Below are positions 7,515 through 16,306 of a stretch of 32,000 nucleotides of DNA, piece by piece. Both the position numbers and the translations under genes were made by a program. The notes below the pieces were generated by a model, which saw only the letters and a program-made list of their open reading frames with translations, had not been told where the DNA came from and made no database searches. Where the stretch lies: the NCBI RefSeq assembly GCF_000011805.1, contig NC_006840.2. One strand, written 5' to 3'. Numbering within the stretch: position 1 is the first letter of the stretch; each line of letters opens with the position of its first letter. The DNA comes from Aliivibrio fischeri ES114 (GTDB lineage: Bacteria; Pseudomonadota; Gammaproteobacteria; Enterobacterales; Vibrionaceae).

Positions 7515-9392
7515 ATGAATATCGGTCAAATAGGTCGTCCATTTACTTGGGTTCGCTCCAAAGGTTGGGTTCAGTTATTTACTTTACTATGTGTTACTTT
7601 CTTCAGTCATTTGGCTTTGGCTGAATCATTAGAAAATCAAGCAACTCAAGATGCATCTAGTGTCTTTGGTTTTCTCTTTTCTTATATTGCACAAAATCCG
7701 TTTGTGTTTCTTTTCTTAAGCATCGCCATTGGTTATCCATTAGGTAAAGTAACAATAAAAGGGGTTAATTTAGGCCCAACAGCAGGCACCTTAGTGGTTG
7801 GTGTGGCTATTGCTTTACCTGCTTTTTCTATTTATGGATTACATATTAATGCACCGGGATTAGTCTCGGACATATTCTTGATGATGTTTATGTATGCAAT
7901 TGGTATGAAAGTTGGGCCGCAATTTTTCTCTGGTTTAGCTCGAGGCGGTTTAGACTTTGTAGTTATTGGGTTAATTGTTGTTTTTAGTAACTTTCTTATC
8001 GTGTTCTTTGGTTCTAAATTATTGGATTTAGCACCGGGTTATGCGGCTGGGATAATTTCAGGAAGTTACACAGTAACTGCTGTTATGGGCGTTGCTCAAT
8101 CTGCGATTAATTCAGGAGCCGTTAAAGCTCCTGCAGGTATGACACTTGATCAGATCAGTGCCAATATCGCTGCGGGCTATGCTATCAGTTACATTTTATC
8201 AAGTGTATTCATCATCTTACTTATTAAGTATCTGCCTGCTATGTTTGGAATTGATCCAGTAAAAGCAGGTAAAGACGCCGAGGCTGAATTTGGTGCTGGC
8301 GGGGATACAGAGGCGTTACCAAGTACCAATGGTTTCTCGAATTTAGGTGTGCTTCCTTTGGATATTCGTGCCTATCGTGTTGATCACCAAGAGTTGGTTG
8401 GTCAAGATGTTGAATCATTATTTCATCGTTACCCTCATGCTGCGATTCTTAAAGTTGTGCGTGGTGAGGATGTTTATGAAGCATCAGATAATCCAATACT
8501 TCAACTTGGCGATATTATTGGTATTCGTGGTGATTACCATGTCTTGATTGAAGGAGGAGAATCATCTGTAGGTATTGAGGTAGATGAACCGAGAGCACGT
8601 AATGTTGATATTGAAGTTGCGGATATTCACCTAGGTAAATCGGAATATACAGGTAAAACGATAGAAGATATCAGTAAAGAAGTTGGCTTTGGTATTTATA
8701 TGAAAGCTTTGTTTAGACAAGGGCATCAACTTCCTATTTTACCTCAAACCATTGTCGAAGTAGGCGATGTGATACGTGTGGCAGGGTCTGATTGGTGCGT
8801 TAAGCAAGCCGGTAAGAAACTGAACAGTAATCCAATTGTAGAGAGCACGCTAACGGAGACTTTTTACTTGGCACTTTCTTTATTGATTGGTTACGTTTGT
8901 GGTCACTTTAGCGTTACGTTAGGGGGGATCCCATTTGCTTTAGGCACATCTGCTGGTTGTATGTTGACAGGGATAATATTCTCGTTTTTACGTACTCGTA
9001 ATCCTGCTTTTGGTGGACCTATGAGTGAAGGGGCTCGTAGCTTCTTACAAGATATTGGTTTGAGTCTATTTGTTGCGGTATTAGCAGCAACTGTGGGCCC
9101 TAAAATATTAGCGTCTTTCCAAGGCATTGTTGTGATTAAAATTGCAGTGTTAGGGTTGGTTGCTGCTTTACTTCCTCCATTATTGGCGTGGATTTATGGT
9201 TTATACGTCAGAAAAATGAACCCTGCAATTCTGGCTGGTGCTTGTGCTGGTGGACGTAATAGCACACCTGCAATGAAAGGTGCTCAAGATGAATGCCAAA
9301 GCGATATGCCTGCAGTAGGCTACCCTGTTCCTTATGCATTAACATCAATGATTGTTCTTGTATTAGGTTATTTGGCGATGGTGCTGTATTAA
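7515..9392 (+). CDS. AAE (aspartate:alanine exchanger; AspT/YbjL/YidE) family transporter with two central TrkA-C/RCK_C-like domains
   Basis: Matches E. coli YbjL blocks as I recall them: IRAYRV...ELVG, GDIIGIRGDYH, GDVIRVAGSD, and the C-terminal GGRNSTPAMKGAQ...MPAVGYPVPYALTSMIV. There are two hydrophobic halves flanking a soluble middle. AGGAAA lies 6 nt before the ATG. Confidence 0.85.
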   Translation: MNIGQIGRPFTWVRSKGWVQLFTLLCVTFFSHLALAESLENQATQDASSVFGFLFSYIAQNPFVFLFLSIAIGYPLGKVTIKGVNLGPTAGTLVVGVAIALPAFSIYGLHINAPGLVSDIFLMMFMYAIGMKVGPQFFSGLARGGLDFVVIGLIVVFSNFLIVFFGSKLLDLAPGYAAGIISGSYTVTAVMGVAQSAINSGAVKAPAGMTLDQISANIAAGYAISYILSSVFIILLIKYLPAMFGIDPVKAGKDAEAEFGAGGDTEALPSTNGFSNLGVLPLDIRAYRVDHQELVGQDVESLFHRYPHAAILKVVRGEDVYEASDNPILQLGDIIGIRGDYHVLIEGGESSVGIEVDEPRARNVDIEVADIHLGKSEYTGKTIEDISKEVGFGIYMKALFRQGHQLPILPQTIVEVGDVIRVAGSDWCVKQAGKKLNSNPIVESTLTETFYLALSLLIGYVCGHFSVTLGGIPFALGTSAGCMLTGIIFSFLRTRNPAFGGPMSEGARSFLQDIGLSLFVAVLAATVGPKILASFQGIVVIKIAVLGLVAALLPPLLAWIYGLYVRKMNPAILAGACAGGRNSTPAMKGAQDECQSDMPAVGYPVPYALTSMIVLVLGYLAMVLY

Positions 9393-9402
9393 TTTCGTTT
9401 AA

Positions 9403-10311
9403 TTACTTATCCCAGTAGGGCTCGTTACCAAAATATTCACTTAAAAAGTCGATTAACATTCGAACTTTTCGAGGTAGGTAGCGGGTCTCTGGGTAAACGG
9501 CATAAGCCTTAATAGAGTTGAAGCGATAATCGGTCATGATTGGTATTAGGGAGCCATTTGCTAGCTCTTCCCAGACAATAAATTTTGGTGTGAATAATAC
9601 GCCATGTCCAGATACCGCCATTGTTTTTAGAAAATCCCCATTATTTGCGATACAAAAGCTTTCCATCGGAACGGTCATTGTTTTGTTATTGTTATCTATT
9701 AACTCAACACCGGACAGTGGTTGTTGGCTATACCTTAATAATTTATGAGATTTTAGATCATTAGGTGTTGTGATATGTCCATGTTCCGTTAGGTAATCTG
9801 GACTTACACATAATACATGATGGATAGGGGCGAGTGGTTTCGCTCGTAAAGTTGAATTACTCAAAGAGCCAATTCGAATCGCCAAATCAACCCCATCTTC
9901 AACCAAATCTATTTTTTTATCCGAAAAATCGATATCTAATTTTAGCTCAGGATGTAACTTTGCAAAATTGTCGAGGGCAGGAACAAGGTGCTTGAGTCCA
10001 AAGGTCAATGGAACCGCTAGCTTTAATACACCATTTAATTTGCTACTAGTCGATGATATATGACAATGTAGATCGTCCACTTCATCCAAAATTAATTTAC
10101 ATTTATTCAAATAAACTTGACCAGCTTCAGTCAAGCTTGATGTTCGGGTTGTTCGATTAAGTAGTTTAACTCCGAGTTGGTGCTCTAACTCACTAAGACG
10201 TTTACTGATGGCTGATTTGGCAAGATTAAGGCGCTCTGCTGCTTTGGTTATACTGCCAGTTTCAACAACAGTAATAAAAATTCGCATGCTTTCTAATTGC
10301 CCCATATCCAT
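9403..10311 (-). CDS. LysR-family transcriptional regulator
   Basis: HTH reads MRIFITVVETGSITKAAERLNLAKSAISKRLSELE, followed by a LysR effector domain. It is divergent from the DoxX-pirin pair. Confidence 0.85.
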   Translation of the reverse strand: MDMGQLESMRIFITVVETGSITKAAERLNLAKSAISKRLSELEHQLGVKLLNRTTRTSSLTEAGQVYLNKCKLILDEVDDLHCHISSTSSKLNGVLKLAVPLTFGLKHLVPALDNFAKLHPELKLDIDFSDKKIDLVEDGVDLAIRIGSLSNSTLRAKPLAPIHHVLCVSPDYLTEHGHITTPNDLKSHKLLRYSQQPLSGVELIDNNNKTMTVPMESFCIANNGDFLKTMAVSGHGVLFTPKFIVWEELANGSLIPIMTDYRFNSIKAYAVYPETRYLPRKVRMLIDFLSEYFGNEPYWDK

Positions 10312-10327
10312 TCCTTTATTTTTTTAT

Positions 10328-10346
10328 TGTTCTCTAAATGAGAACA
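10328..10346. promoter_or_regulatory. Candidate LysR-type operator (inverted repeat containing T-N11-A)
   Basis: Perfect 7-5-7 inverted repeat TGTTCTC-TAAAT-GAGAACA, 17 bp upstream of the lysR start, in the divergent intergenic region. Confidence 0.45.
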
Positions 10347-10457
10347 GTGTTTCCTCAGTATTGCTGTTTATCAAGATTTCTTCAATGACTATTCTTTATA
10401 CCAAGTGATGAGACATGAAAGACTTATGTCTAATTTAATGTATGAAAAGGAAAAATC

Positions 10458-10850
10458 ATGAATAAATTACAGCAACTGGCAGCACCAACAGGGCGTTTCT
10501 TTTTATCTCTAATATTTGTTACATCGGGTTTAAGTAAAATTACACAATATGAAGGGACGCAAGGTTATATGGAAGCGATGGGCGTACCTGGAGCGTTATT
10601 ACCATTAGTTATTTTAACCGAAGTTGTTGGTGGTTTAGCCGTGATGTTAGGTTGGAAAACGAGATATGCAGCGTTTGCATTGGCAGGTTTTAGTGCATTA
10701 TCTGCGTTACTTTTTCATGCCGATTTTTCCGATCAATCTGAAATGACAAGCTTTATGAAAAATATCGCCTTAGCAGGTGGTTTTTTAGTGATATTTGCAC
10801 AAGGTGCGGGCTCGTATGCGATAGATAATCGTAATAAAAACGAGTCATAG
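10458..10850 (+). CDS. DoxX-family inner-membrane protein
   Basis: 130 aa with four hydrophobic segments. It carries the typical DoxX N-terminus GRFFLSLIFVTSGLSKI and the motif LLFHADF. AAGGA is present as an RBS. The LysR/DoxX/pirin neighbourhood is a classic arrangement. Confidence 0.8.
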   Translation: MNKLQQLAAPTGRFFLSLIFVTSGLSKITQYEGTQGYMEAMGVPGALLPLVILTEVVGGLAVMLGWKTRYAAFALAGFSALSALLFHADFSDQSEMTSFMKNIALAGGFLVIFAQGAGSYAIDNRNKNES

Positions 10851-10859
10851 GAGGTTTAT

Positions 10860-11726
10860 ATGTCCGAAGTAATGCAAAAAAACAGAACAGTTGTACAAAC
10901 CATTTCTGGAGTCGAAACATCAGATGGTGATGGTGTAAAACTCACTCGTATTATTGGTACACAAAAGCTAGATGTGCTTGATCCTTTTTTATTGCTGGAT
11001 TGTTTTGAAAGTGATGATGCTTCAGATTATATAGGTGGTTTTCCAACGCACCCGCACCGAGGATTTGAAACTGTCAGTTATCTACTAAATGGCAAAATGC
11101 GCCATAAAGACAGTGCTGGGCATGAAGGTGTTGTTGAATCCGGTGGCGTGCAATGGATGACCGCAGGAAAAGGTGTATTGCATTCCGAAATGCCTGAGCA
11201 GGAAGAGGGATTACTGAAAGGATTTCAATTGTGGGTTAATTTACCAAAAGCATCAAAAATGATTGAGCCTGCTTATCAAGAGTATCCACCAGAAACGACA
11301 CCTTTAGAAAAGCGAGAAAATGGTATTGAGATCCGAGTTATCGCAGGTTCAACAAATCTAGGTACAAAAGGACCAGTGAATAATGTTCATGTTTATCCTA
11401 CGTATATGGATATCAATATACCTAGAGGACAAATGTTAGAACAAAGCTTACCGTTTGAGCACAATGCTTTTATCTATGTTATTGAAGGTAATGTGGGTAT
11501 TAAGAGTGATGATAATCAAGTTCAAACTGTTGATATGCGGTCACTCGCAGTATTTGGTAAGGGGCAGAACGTTTCCTTTGTTGCTGATGACTCTTCAGCC
11601 CGATTTTTACTTGTTGCTGGTAAACCATTAAATGAACCGATTGCTCGAGGTGGTCCGTTTGTAATGAATACTCGTGCAGAAGTATTACAAGCATTTGATG
11701 ACTTTAACCAAGGTCGATTCCACTAA
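10860..11726 (+). CDS. Pirin-family protein (YhhW/quercetinase-like bicupin)
   Basis: The metal motif FPTHPHRGFETVSYLLNG...H...G is present, together with VQWMTAGKGVLHSEMP and the C-terminal GGPFVMNTRAEVLQAFDDFNQGRF. AGGAGG is present as an RBS. Confidence 0.9.
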   Translation: MSEVMQKNRTVVQTISGVETSDGDGVKLTRIIGTQKLDVLDPFLLLDCFESDDASDYIGGFPTHPHRGFETVSYLLNGKMRHKDSAGHEGVVESGGVQWMTAGKGVLHSEMPEQEEGLLKGFQLWVNLPKASKMIEPAYQEYPPETTPLEKRENGIEIRVIAGSTNLGTKGPVNNVHVYPTYMDINIPRGQMLEQSLPFEHNAFIYVIEGNVGIKSDDNQVQTVDMRSLAVFGKGQNVSFVADDSSARFLLVAGKPLNEPIARGGPFVMNTRAEVLQAFDDFNQGRFH

Positions 11727-11756
11727 GGTTGAAAAGTCATGTTATTTAATATGGTT

Positions 11757-11954
11757 TTATTTTTTTCTTCGTTTTTTAGGTCTTTTCTTATTAAGAACTT
11801 TATTTAATAGTTGTATTTGTTCTTCAGAGAGAGGGTATTTATCCATCATTTGGTTTTGAGTACTTAATAGCATGGTTTTTTCCCAAGGCTTAAACACATC
11901 AAATTCAAGTAGAATAGCGTCATTGATTTTTATGAAAAGCTCATAATCGTTCAT
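11757..11954 (-). CDS. Small hypothetical protein (65 aa) with a polybasic tail
   Basis: AGGAG lies 4-5 nt upstream of the ATG at 11954 (revcomp aaggagccttATG). The product MNDYELFIKIND...NKKRPKKRRKK matches no family I recognise. Confidence 0.4.
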   Translation of the reverse strand: MNDYELFIKINDAILLEFDVFKPWEKTMLLSTQNQMMDKYPLSEEQIQLLNKVLNKKRPKKRRKK

Positions 11955-12047
11955 AAGGCTCCTTATTGTTGAGAAGAACCATAACATAAGAAATGTATAG
12001 ATGAACGTTTTATAGCAATCTAAATGAATAACGGCGCATTTTGTTGA

Positions 12048-12083
12048 TAAAAAAGCCTTCTAGTTTTAGTAACCAGAAGGCTG
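12048..12083 (-). terminator. Rho-independent terminator downstream of the DUF1254/DUF1214 pair
   Basis: Stem gccttct (12055-12061) / agaaggc (12075-12081), followed by a T-run on the minus strand (aaaaaa at 12049-12054 on the plus strand). Confidence 0.6.
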
Positions 12084-12101
12084 TTATTTAAATATTATTT
12101 T

Positions 12102-13580
12102 TTATTTCACTTCTTCAAAGTTTGGAAGCAAGGTTTTTGGTTCTTCATCAACAAAAGCTTTTTTCGGTGAGTACGCTCTAAAGTAAACAAACCAACCTTC
12201 TTTTTCGTTAGTTTGAACCCAATTTGCCTCAGCAACACCTTTAGGTTTCTTTGGAGAAAAGTGTAAGGTGATTGAGCCGTCTTTATTATAGACCGAACCT
12301 TTGATATTGGAGCCTACATCTGCACGACCTAAATCGTTTTCAATTATTGCTCTATTTTCAACATTATAAACGGTTATCGTCCAGAACAAATCAGCGTACG
12401 TATTTGGGTTTTTGATGGTTAATGTGTAGTGTTTACCACCATCTAAGCCGTGATCTTTTTCTCCAGAATAGTAATTATCTAGATATACTTGTCCCCAACC
12501 ACCATTGTCCATACCGTGCATGGCAATGTCATTGGTTACGGCTTCATAAAACCATGCTGCACGACCATCTAAATCCATGCCATTATTTCGGTCTTGGTTA
12601 GGTGTTGATGCGGTTGCTATTTCCCAAGGATTACCTTTTGGACCATATTCTGCATGATCAAGACGACCGGTTTTATTAAAATCGATATTTTTTGTCATAG
12701 CTTCACCAACGATAGCAGCCTCTTTTAATAAAGATTGCTGTTTTGGGGTTGGTATAAATGGTTTTCCTTTTTCAATGCCTAAAGGGCGTAGCATATCCAT
12801 CATCATACGATCACGTTCTTGTACTGGATTCGCTTGAATAGCTTGATTAACGACTTCCCAGAATTCCATTCCTCGTGGTTGTTTATGGTCAATCCCACGT
12901 TTTACATGATAAATTCCTTTGTTTGTTAATTGGTTACCATTTATATCCGTAATGCCTTTTTGAATGGAATTCATCATAGTTGAGCGTACTTTGGCATCTT
13001 TATTCATTAAACGCACACCAAAAAAGAAGTCATTAGTATCCATTGCAATTAATGTTGCTCCTTTTACTTTTGGTGCGACATCTCCAGCTTTGTAAATGAC
13101 ATATTTCCCAGGCTTAGTCATTTGTTCTTTACCAATTTGCCACATGTTATGAACGGCACCACGTAATTGCGTATCTGGAAGATTAATTACAATTGGTCCA
13201 TTATTTAAGTTCATATAACCAATTAAATAAGGTGTTGAAGTGTTATAAGTTAAGCCTCCTAATTTAGACTCGTAGCCTGCTTGGTAAACGAGTTGGCCAT
13301 TTTCTGTTCCCCAAGTTTGGTAGTGATCGTTTTTCCATTTATAGAAACTTACGATCGGTGTTGCCCAAATATATCCTTGTACTGCACGTTGATAATCCAA
13401 TTCATCAAATAATTTCTGTGATGTTTTGTTAGTTGGTACGCCATGCTCAAAGCCATTTTCAAAGGTGAGTTGGCCACTGCGTGTTTCTAGAGTTTCATAA
13501 CCTCCAGATGGAAGGTAATCATTAGCGAATGTAGTGAAACTTATTGTGCCTAGCATTAAAGCGATGAGTGTTTTTTTCAT
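12102..13580 (-). CDS. Secreted DUF1254/DUF1214 domain protein (paralog 2)
   Basis: Signal peptide MKKTLIALMLGTISFTTFA|ND. DUF1254-type block YQRAVQGYIWATPIVSF and DUF1214-type block LFWTITVYN...NWVQT..GWFVYFRAY are present. The size (492 aa) matches my memory of the V. parahaemolyticus VPA0735-type structural-genomics protein. Confidence 0.75.
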   Translation of the reverse strand: MKKTLIALMLGTISFTTFANDYLPSGGYETLETRSGQLTFENGFEHGVPTNKTSQKLFDELDYQRAVQGYIWATPIVSFYKWKNDHYQTWGTENGQLVYQAGYESKLGGLTYNTSTPYLIGYMNLNNGPIVINLPDTQLRGAVHNMWQIGKEQMTKPGKYVIYKAGDVAPKVKGATLIAMDTNDFFFGVRLMNKDAKVRSTMMNSIQKGITDINGNQLTNKGIYHVKRGIDHKQPRGMEFWEVVNQAIQANPVQERDRMMMDMLRPLGIEKGKPFIPTPKQQSLLKEAAIVGEAMTKNIDFNKTGRLDHAEYGPKGNPWEIATASTPNQDRNNGMDLDGRAAWFYEAVTNDIAMHGMDNGGWGQVYLDNYYSGEKDHGLDGGKHYTLTIKNPNTYADLFWTITVYNVENRAIIENDLGRADVGSNIKGSVYNKDGSITLHFSPKKPKGVAEANWVQTNEKEGWFVYFRAYSPKKAFVDEEPKTLLPNFEEVK

Positions 13581-13604
13581 GTGTTTATCCTATTGAACTG
13601 TTGG

Positions 13605-15203
13605 TTATTTCACGCAGTTAATTTTTTCAAATTCCCCAGGGACCCAAGAACCATCAAATAAACTTTGCTGAGGACCATAAAAACGGATCAAGGAGAACCA
13701 GCTGTCATTATCAAATTGCAACCAGTTATTTTTGGCTAATTGCGCATTCTCTGGCGCGGTTGGACCAAAGAATAATGTGACAGAGTCATCACTGTTTTTA
13801 ATTGGATTATCACGATCGCCAAGTGAAGGCCATTGATGATTTTCAACATTAACACCCGCAGCCGTTGCTGCATCATAAGCGGTGACCGACCAGAATAAGC
13901 TAGCTGGTACATCTGCAGGAATGTGTAAAGAGTAATTACAAGAGCCAATTAACGGATTGAGGTCTTTATCTTTATATGCACCAGCGTATTTAGCTCCAGC
14001 TCCTATTTTGGCGTTAATCATTCCTGAAGACATAGAATAATGGTTGGTGTACATATGAGTGATAGCATCGACATTGGTGTAGCCGGTTTTTATATTGTGA
14101 TAATAAGGGTCTGATAGCGCATGATATTGATTCCCTTTGTCAGTTAATGCGTGAGCAACCCACGATGGTGCTTCTTTCCAAAACCATGTATCACCAGTGG
14201 TTTTACTTGATTTCTCATCAAAGTTAAGGGCAATCTCTTTGCTAATTTTCCAACCAGTTTGAGCGGCTTTTGTTAGCATCTCTTTTTGCTTTTCAGTTGG
14301 TGTAAATTCAACGCCTTTGCTTATCCCAATTGCGGCCATGACACCATTCATATATGGATCAAACGTAGCCAACTCCATATTTTGAACGGCTCTGTTTAAT
14401 GTTTCATAGAATCGATAATCGTTATCCCAAATCGATTTAGAAGGAACATCAGAGACATTAAAGAATTCCATTGACTCAGCACTGCCATTTAGTGGATATA
14501 CTTTGATTTCTTTTACTCGATTAACTGCAGGCTCAAGGTTATTCATGTCTTTAAAGAAAGAGCGAAGGAATAAGAATACTTCAGAAGTATTTGATTCATA
14601 AATAAAGTATTTATCTGCTAGCTGTGCGTAATCTTCACGCTTTTTATTTGGCGGTAAAATAAGAAATTTCGCCGCTTTACCTTTGTCAGGACCAGCATTA
14701 CCAATATCACCTAAATATTGTCCACCCGGTTGGTTTTTATCTAATGGACCTCGTAATGGGTGGTGGTACATATCATCCATTAATGATTGTAAACCTGCGG
14801 GATGTTCTATAATTAAAGGACCTGTTTCTTTCATATCTAGCCAGCCCATTGCGTAGATAACATCTGAGTTTGGTGTGGTTATTAATGAATTGGGTTTTAA
14901 ACGATCTTGGTAAATGGCTATTTTATTATAGGCGGTACCATTCATTAGTTCTGCGTGACCTTCTTGCATCGCTTTCATATTTACAATAGGCAGAGCCCAT
15001 TGATATAGCATGGATGCACGTTGAAAATAGCTTTCATTTTGAAGAATTTTTTGACTGGTTTCTGTCGGAAATCCACCGTTCATTTCTAAGTTAGCCAATG
15101 TTGAATATCTATCTGACATAGAAGATACGGCATCAGGTGAACTGCTCGCAGATGCATTACACGTGATAGCGAAAATTGATATAGCAAGTAAGGTTCTTTT
15201 CAT
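13605..15203 (-). CDS. Secreted DUF1254/DUF1214 domain protein (paralog 1)
   Basis: Signal peptide MKRTLLAISIFAITCNASA|SS, starting from the ATG at 15203 (GGAG 6 nt upstream; the track's start at 15224 is TTG). Blocks YFQRASMLYQWALPIVN and LFWSVTAYD...NWLQF..SWFSLIRFY parallel the downstream paralog. The gap to that gene is 24 nt. Confidence 0.75.
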   Translation of the reverse strand: MKRTLLAISIFAITCNASASSSPDAVSSMSDRYSTLANLEMNGGFPTETSQKILQNESYFQRASMLYQWALPIVNMKAMQEGHAELMNGTAYNKIAIYQDRLKPNSLITTPNSDVIYAMGWLDMKETGPLIIEHPAGLQSLMDDMYHHPLRGPLDKNQPGGQYLGDIGNAGPDKGKAAKFLILPPNKKREDYAQLADKYFIYESNTSEVFLFLRSFFKDMNNLEPAVNRVKEIKVYPLNGSAESMEFFNVSDVPSKSIWDNDYRFYETLNRAVQNMELATFDPYMNGVMAAIGISKGVEFTPTEKQKEMLTKAAQTGWKISKEIALNFDEKSSKTTGDTWFWKEAPSWVAHALTDKGNQYHALSDPYYHNIKTGYTNVDAITHMYTNHYSMSSGMINAKIGAGAKYAGAYKDKDLNPLIGSCNYSLHIPADVPASLFWSVTAYDAATAAGVNVENHQWPSLGDRDNPIKNSDDSVTLFFGPTAPENAQLAKNNWLQFDNDSWFSLIRFYGPQQSLFDGSWVPGEFEKINCVK

Positions 15204-15367
15204 GTGTACTCCAATATAAGGCAAAGGTATTTGCTCAACTGAATTACATTGTTGTTTATTTTTGATAACCTAGATAATGAATTGAAGGGATATGAGATAT
15301 ATCATTTAGTCATTATTGGTGGCGTGATTCGTTTATGGTACTAATTTGGATAAGTAAGTAGGACAAA

Positions 15368-16306
15368 ATGAAGCATAAAATTCATCAGCTGGATCTTAAT
15401 TTACTCAAAGTGTTTACGGTTTTATTAGAAGTTCGTAATACCCGAAAGGCATCTGAACGTTTGTTTTTAAGCCAACCTGGTGTCAGTAGGGCACTTGCTC
15501 GATTAAGAGACTTCTTTGAAGATGAATTGTTTATACGCAGTCATTATGGCTTAACGCCAACCCCTAAGGCATTAGAGATTGGAGATAATATTGCGCCTGC
15601 AATGACTTTACTTTTTTCTGCTTTAGAACCATCAGATAAATTTGATAGTTCACAGTTAGAGGGAAGAATAAATATCGCTATGAATGGTTTTATTGCTCCG
15701 TCCATTGCTTCTAATTTGTGTGGCATTATTCTAGAAAAAGCACCAAATGTTGAAGTGGTATTTTCTAATTGGGACAGAGCAACGCCTGAAAATATTTTGC
15801 ATGATCAAATACAGTTAGGTTTAAATTATTTTCCATTAGAAATTTCAAAACAGCTTTCTCAGTCGGTACTGACCACCGATCGTTTTGTATTGATTGGACG
15901 TAAAGAACACCCTCTAATTACGGGTGAAGAAAGCTTTGAAAATGCAGCTCAATTAGATATTGCGACACTTGTTATCCCAAATTGGAATGAGCATAAAGCT
16001 TATGTGGTTAATTCTTTAAAATCATTAAATAAAGAATGTCGCATGAGGCTGAGAAGCAGCTACCTTGATGTCATCTTAAATTCAATACAACGAACGGATA
16101 TGCTTTTTCCATGCTCAGAATCATTAGCAAATACCTTAGGTAGTGACTTTCAGAAACTACTATTGCCAGATGATGTTATTCAACCGGGTGGAGAAATAGG
16201 GCTTGTTGTAGCGAGTAAAAATCGGAGAACTCCTTTAATTAAATGGTTAAAGGAGTGTACTCAAGAGGCGGCCGCTGAGATTAAAACTTATAATTTAAGC
16301 CAGTAG
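15368..16306 (+). CDS. LysR-family transcriptional regulator
   Basis: HTH reads LNLLKVFTVLLEVRNTRKASERLFLSQPGVSRALARLRD. It is divergent from the DUF1254/DUF1214 pair. TAGGA is present as an RBS. Confidence 0.85.
   Translation: MKHKIHQLDLNLLKVFTVLLEVRNTRKASERLFLSQPGVSRALARLRDFFEDELFIRSHYGLTPTPKALEIGDNIAPAMTLLFSALEPSDKFDSSQLEGRINIAMNGFIAPSIASNLCGIILEKAPNVEVVFSNWDRATPENILHDQIQLGLNYFPLEISKQLSQSVLTTDRFVLIGRKEHPLITGEESFENAAQLDIATLVIPNWNEHKAYVVNSLKSLNKECRMRLRSSYLDVILNSIQRTDMLFPCSESLANTLGSDFQKLLLPDDVIQPGGEIGLVVASKNRRTPLIKWLKECTQEAAAEIKTYNLSQ

Noticed and set aside
11674-11859. 61-aa plus-strand ORF overlapping the pirin 3' end and the small minus-strand ORF.
   Set aside because: It has no RBS and its start lies inside the pirin gene. 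The minus-strand ORF has a canonical AGGAG-ATG arrangement and is the better, though still tentative, call.
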